From IMG/VR virus record IMGVR_UViG_3300042922_000886, positions 1-64,000 of that record: a DNA stretch of 64,000 nucleotides. One strand, 5' to 3'. A model generated the notes under the pieces. That model was not told where the DNA came from. It did no database searches and was given only the letters and a program-made list of their open reading frames with translations. The position numbers were made by a program, and so were the translations under genes. Positions 61,928-64,000 of this stretch are shown here, in pieces. This DNA comes from an uncultured virus (IMG/VR IMGVR_UViG_3300042922_000886) (Duplodnaviria > Heunggongvirae > Uroviricota > Caudoviricetes). Each line of letters opens with the position of its first letter. Positions within the stretch are counted from its first letter, which is position 1.

Positions 61928-62349
61928 GTGGTTATTTTGCTTCTAAAAACCTATGTGAAAGTAAATGATAAATACTATGCAGGAGAATTATCAGATACAT
62001 ATAAATCAAGTTTTTCAGGAGTTGGTTTTCACGACTATAAAAACTGCGAATTGTCTGTTTTGAAATTTGTTGACAATGAAAACAATGCTTACGTTTGTGA
62101 AGGTTTACGTAATCTAAATAGTATTATTGAAAGAATTATGCAAAGAGTGAAAGACAATGCGATACAGTTACAAAGAATCGAAATCATCAATGTCGGAAGT
62201 AATGTGTCATGATGGATAATAAATTTAAAATTGTCTGTTGTAAATGTGGAAGTGAAAGTCGTTGGTGGTATATCGAAAATGACTACACTTTGAGTCTTAA
62301 ATGTAATAATGAAGATTGTGGAAACCAGAAAAATTATGAGGAAGATTAA
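61928..62349 (+). CDS. Two hypothetical genes (61928-62212; 62209-62349 Cys-rich)
   Basis: Coupled ORFs. Confidence 0.5.
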
Positions 62350-62399
62350 AAGCAAATGAAAGGATTCTTGTATTGGATAAAATAAGAAAGGGCGGTTAA

Positions 62400-63101
62400 A
62401 TGACAATAAGTTCTAAGCCTGTAAGTGCAAATATTTTATATAAAGTGGTTGATGAAAAAATATATAAGTTATGCTCAATATGTGAAGAATATAAGCCAAT
62501 GAATGAGGAGAATTATAGTAAAAATAAAACCAATAAACGTGATGGCTTTCATCCTTACTGTAAACCTTGCAACAGTAGAAAATCTAGGCAATGGGAAATT
62601 GATAATCCTGAAAAATATAAAGCGTTAAATAAAACAAAATTGCCTAGTAAGAATCCAGTTAGATTGGAACGCTTACGAACATATAGAAAGACTGAAAAAT
62701 CTAAAGATTATATGACTGATTGGCGCAATAACAATAAAGATAAAATAAAAACATACAATGCATATAGATTGCAACACAAGACTCATGAGATAAGTCATAA
62801 AGAGTGGGAATATTGCAAAACTTATTTCAATAACAGATGTGCTTATTGTGGTCTACACTACAATGATCATTACCGAATGTACGCAGGTGAACCCCAAAAA
62901 ATTGATTTACACAAAGAACACGTTGACCACTTTGGTAGTAATAAAATTGATAATTGCGTCCCATCTTGTTTGTCTTGTAATTCAAAGAAACACAATAAAG
63001 AATTAGTTAGTTGGTATAATGAAAAAAATGTAAATTTTACGCAATATCGAATCCAAAGAATATATTTATGGCTTGCGGAAGACTATAAGAAAATCCAATA
63101 A
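62400..63101 (+). CDS. HNH endonuclease with N-terminal Zn finger (paralog of 42988)
   Basis: CAYCG...HKEHVDHFGSNKIDNCVPSCLSCNSKK. Confidence 0.85.
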   Translation: MTISSKPVSANILYKVVDEKIYKLCSICEEYKPMNEENYSKNKTNKRDGFHPYCKPCNSRKSRQWEIDNPEKYKALNKTKLPSKNPVRLERLRTYRKTEKSKDYMTDWRNNNKDKIKTYNAYRLQHKTHEISHKEWEYCKTYFNNRCAYCGLHYNDHYRMYAGEPQKIDLHKEHVDHFGSNKIDNCVPSCLSCNSKKHNKELVSWYNEKNVNFTQYRIQRIYLWLAEDYKKIQ

Positions 63102-63133
63102 AAGAAGTATTTTAAGGGGTGATGAAACGAAAA

Positions 63134-64000
63134 ATGAAAAACGCAAAAGAAATGAATCCCGCTGAACTTATTGATGAATTAGAGACACTTACATTGAAAC
63201 GATGGAATGCAAACTACACAGAAGGCTATAGACTTGATAATCGGTTAAGAGAACTTCGAATTGAAATGATGGAGAGAATGAAATAAGTCATTTATTTGGA
63301 AAGGTGAGTTATAAATATGAATGTTTACAAAAGCCTTGGAGAAATTGTGAGTGATTATAATGCGGGTGTCTACAAGAGTACGCTGCCTTATCCTACCGGC
63401 AGATTTAGAGAGGATCATGTCTTTGATGAAGACCAATCAATAAAATGGAATAAAGATGAGGTTGTAAGAAGAAATAGCGAATACGACCAGAAAAGAAATG
63501 AGTACCGTGCTGATAACAATAGATTAGATAAGTTACTCAAAGATGATGTAACTTACAACTTGATTTATGATTTTGACTTGAATCAAGAACAGGCCGAATA
63601 TACTTATGACATTGCATATACTGAAAAGCATTCTAGTATGACTGACGTATTCTATTATGCGGTTGAATTAGCAGAGTATTTTGTGAAAATGAAAGTACTT
63701 GAAAGATGATAAAAGAGCGATTTTAATGGGAGGTGTGTTAGAGGATATGGATTGCCCGATTGATTTTGATTATAACAGATGCTCTTCAAAGGACTTCGGT
63801 TTGCAGTGTGATACATGTGTTCATGCTCCAGAGTTTCAAATTTATCAGCACGGTCTAATGTGGGTTGTATCAGACGATAAATACATTGCAACCGGCAAGA
63901 CAAGAGATGGAGCAATTGACAACTTCATTGAACTATTAAATAAAGAGTATGCTCGGTTGAAGCAAAAGGTCGATCAGGATATTCAAGAATCAAGAACGAA
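63134..64000 (+). CDS. Three hypothetical genes (63134-63286, 63317-63709, 63747 to window end)
   Basis: ORFs separated by repeat sites. Confidence 0.55.

Larger units (their letters stand above)
42139..63726. repeat. Dispersed 18-bp inverted repeat ATRAAA-N6-TTTYAT at gene junctions (about 30 copies; also at 10363, 12372, 25286)
   Basis: Exact copies start at 42433, 42718, 43911, 50209, 50827, 51826, 52134, 52437, 52961, 53128, 54090, 54488, 55375, 56452, 60922; one-mismatch copies at 43635, 51463, 53474, 53703, 54281, 56087, 57852, 59955, 62356, 63098, 63278, 63709. Confidence 0.9.
1..64000. mobile_element. SPbeta-like temperate phage/prophage (internal segment, no att sites seen)
   Basis: Gene order tail-TMP-recombinase-MTP-capsid-portal-terminase-phosphoesterase-HU-YonO RNAP mirrors the SPbeta yom/yon cluster; no host housekeeping genes in the window. 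Confidence 0.92.

Noticed and set aside
42139..63726. Repeats as a CRISPR array or classical integron attC sites
   Set aside because: Spacing is gene-sized, the core is variable, and there are no cas genes, no GTTRRRY boxes and no long attC hairpins.
1..64000. tRNA/rRNA genes, arbitrium genes, reverse transcriptase, att sites
   Set aside because: None recognisable by eye in this window; they may lie outside it.

Overview
The whole window is part of a large, AT-rich SPbeta-like temperate phage or prophage of a spore-forming Bacillota host (probably Paenibacillaceae, inferred from protein styles). Positions 1-35.5 kb are a minus-strand late region in SPbeta yom/yon order: tail proteins, tape measure, a tyrosine recombinase, major tail, head, portal, terminase, phosphoesterase, PIN-PhoH, HU and a YonO-type RNA polymerase. 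Positions 35.6-38.4 kb hold a second recombinase, a putative initiator, a large palindrome and a G/C-symmetric non-coding stretch. Positions 38.4-64 kb are a plus-strand accessory region. The most striking unexplained structure is about 30 copies of an 18-bp inverted repeat, ATRAAA-N6-TTTYAT, placed at gene junctions (stop codon in the left arm, next RBS after the right arm). This resembles an integron-like gene-cassette array. Other highlights are an unannotated YonT/SR6-like type I toxin-antitoxin locus, an orphan MazF behind a LexA box, two RsfA-like proteins, DarA/DarB-like proteins, and a frameshifted terminase. All calls were made by eye, without database searches.
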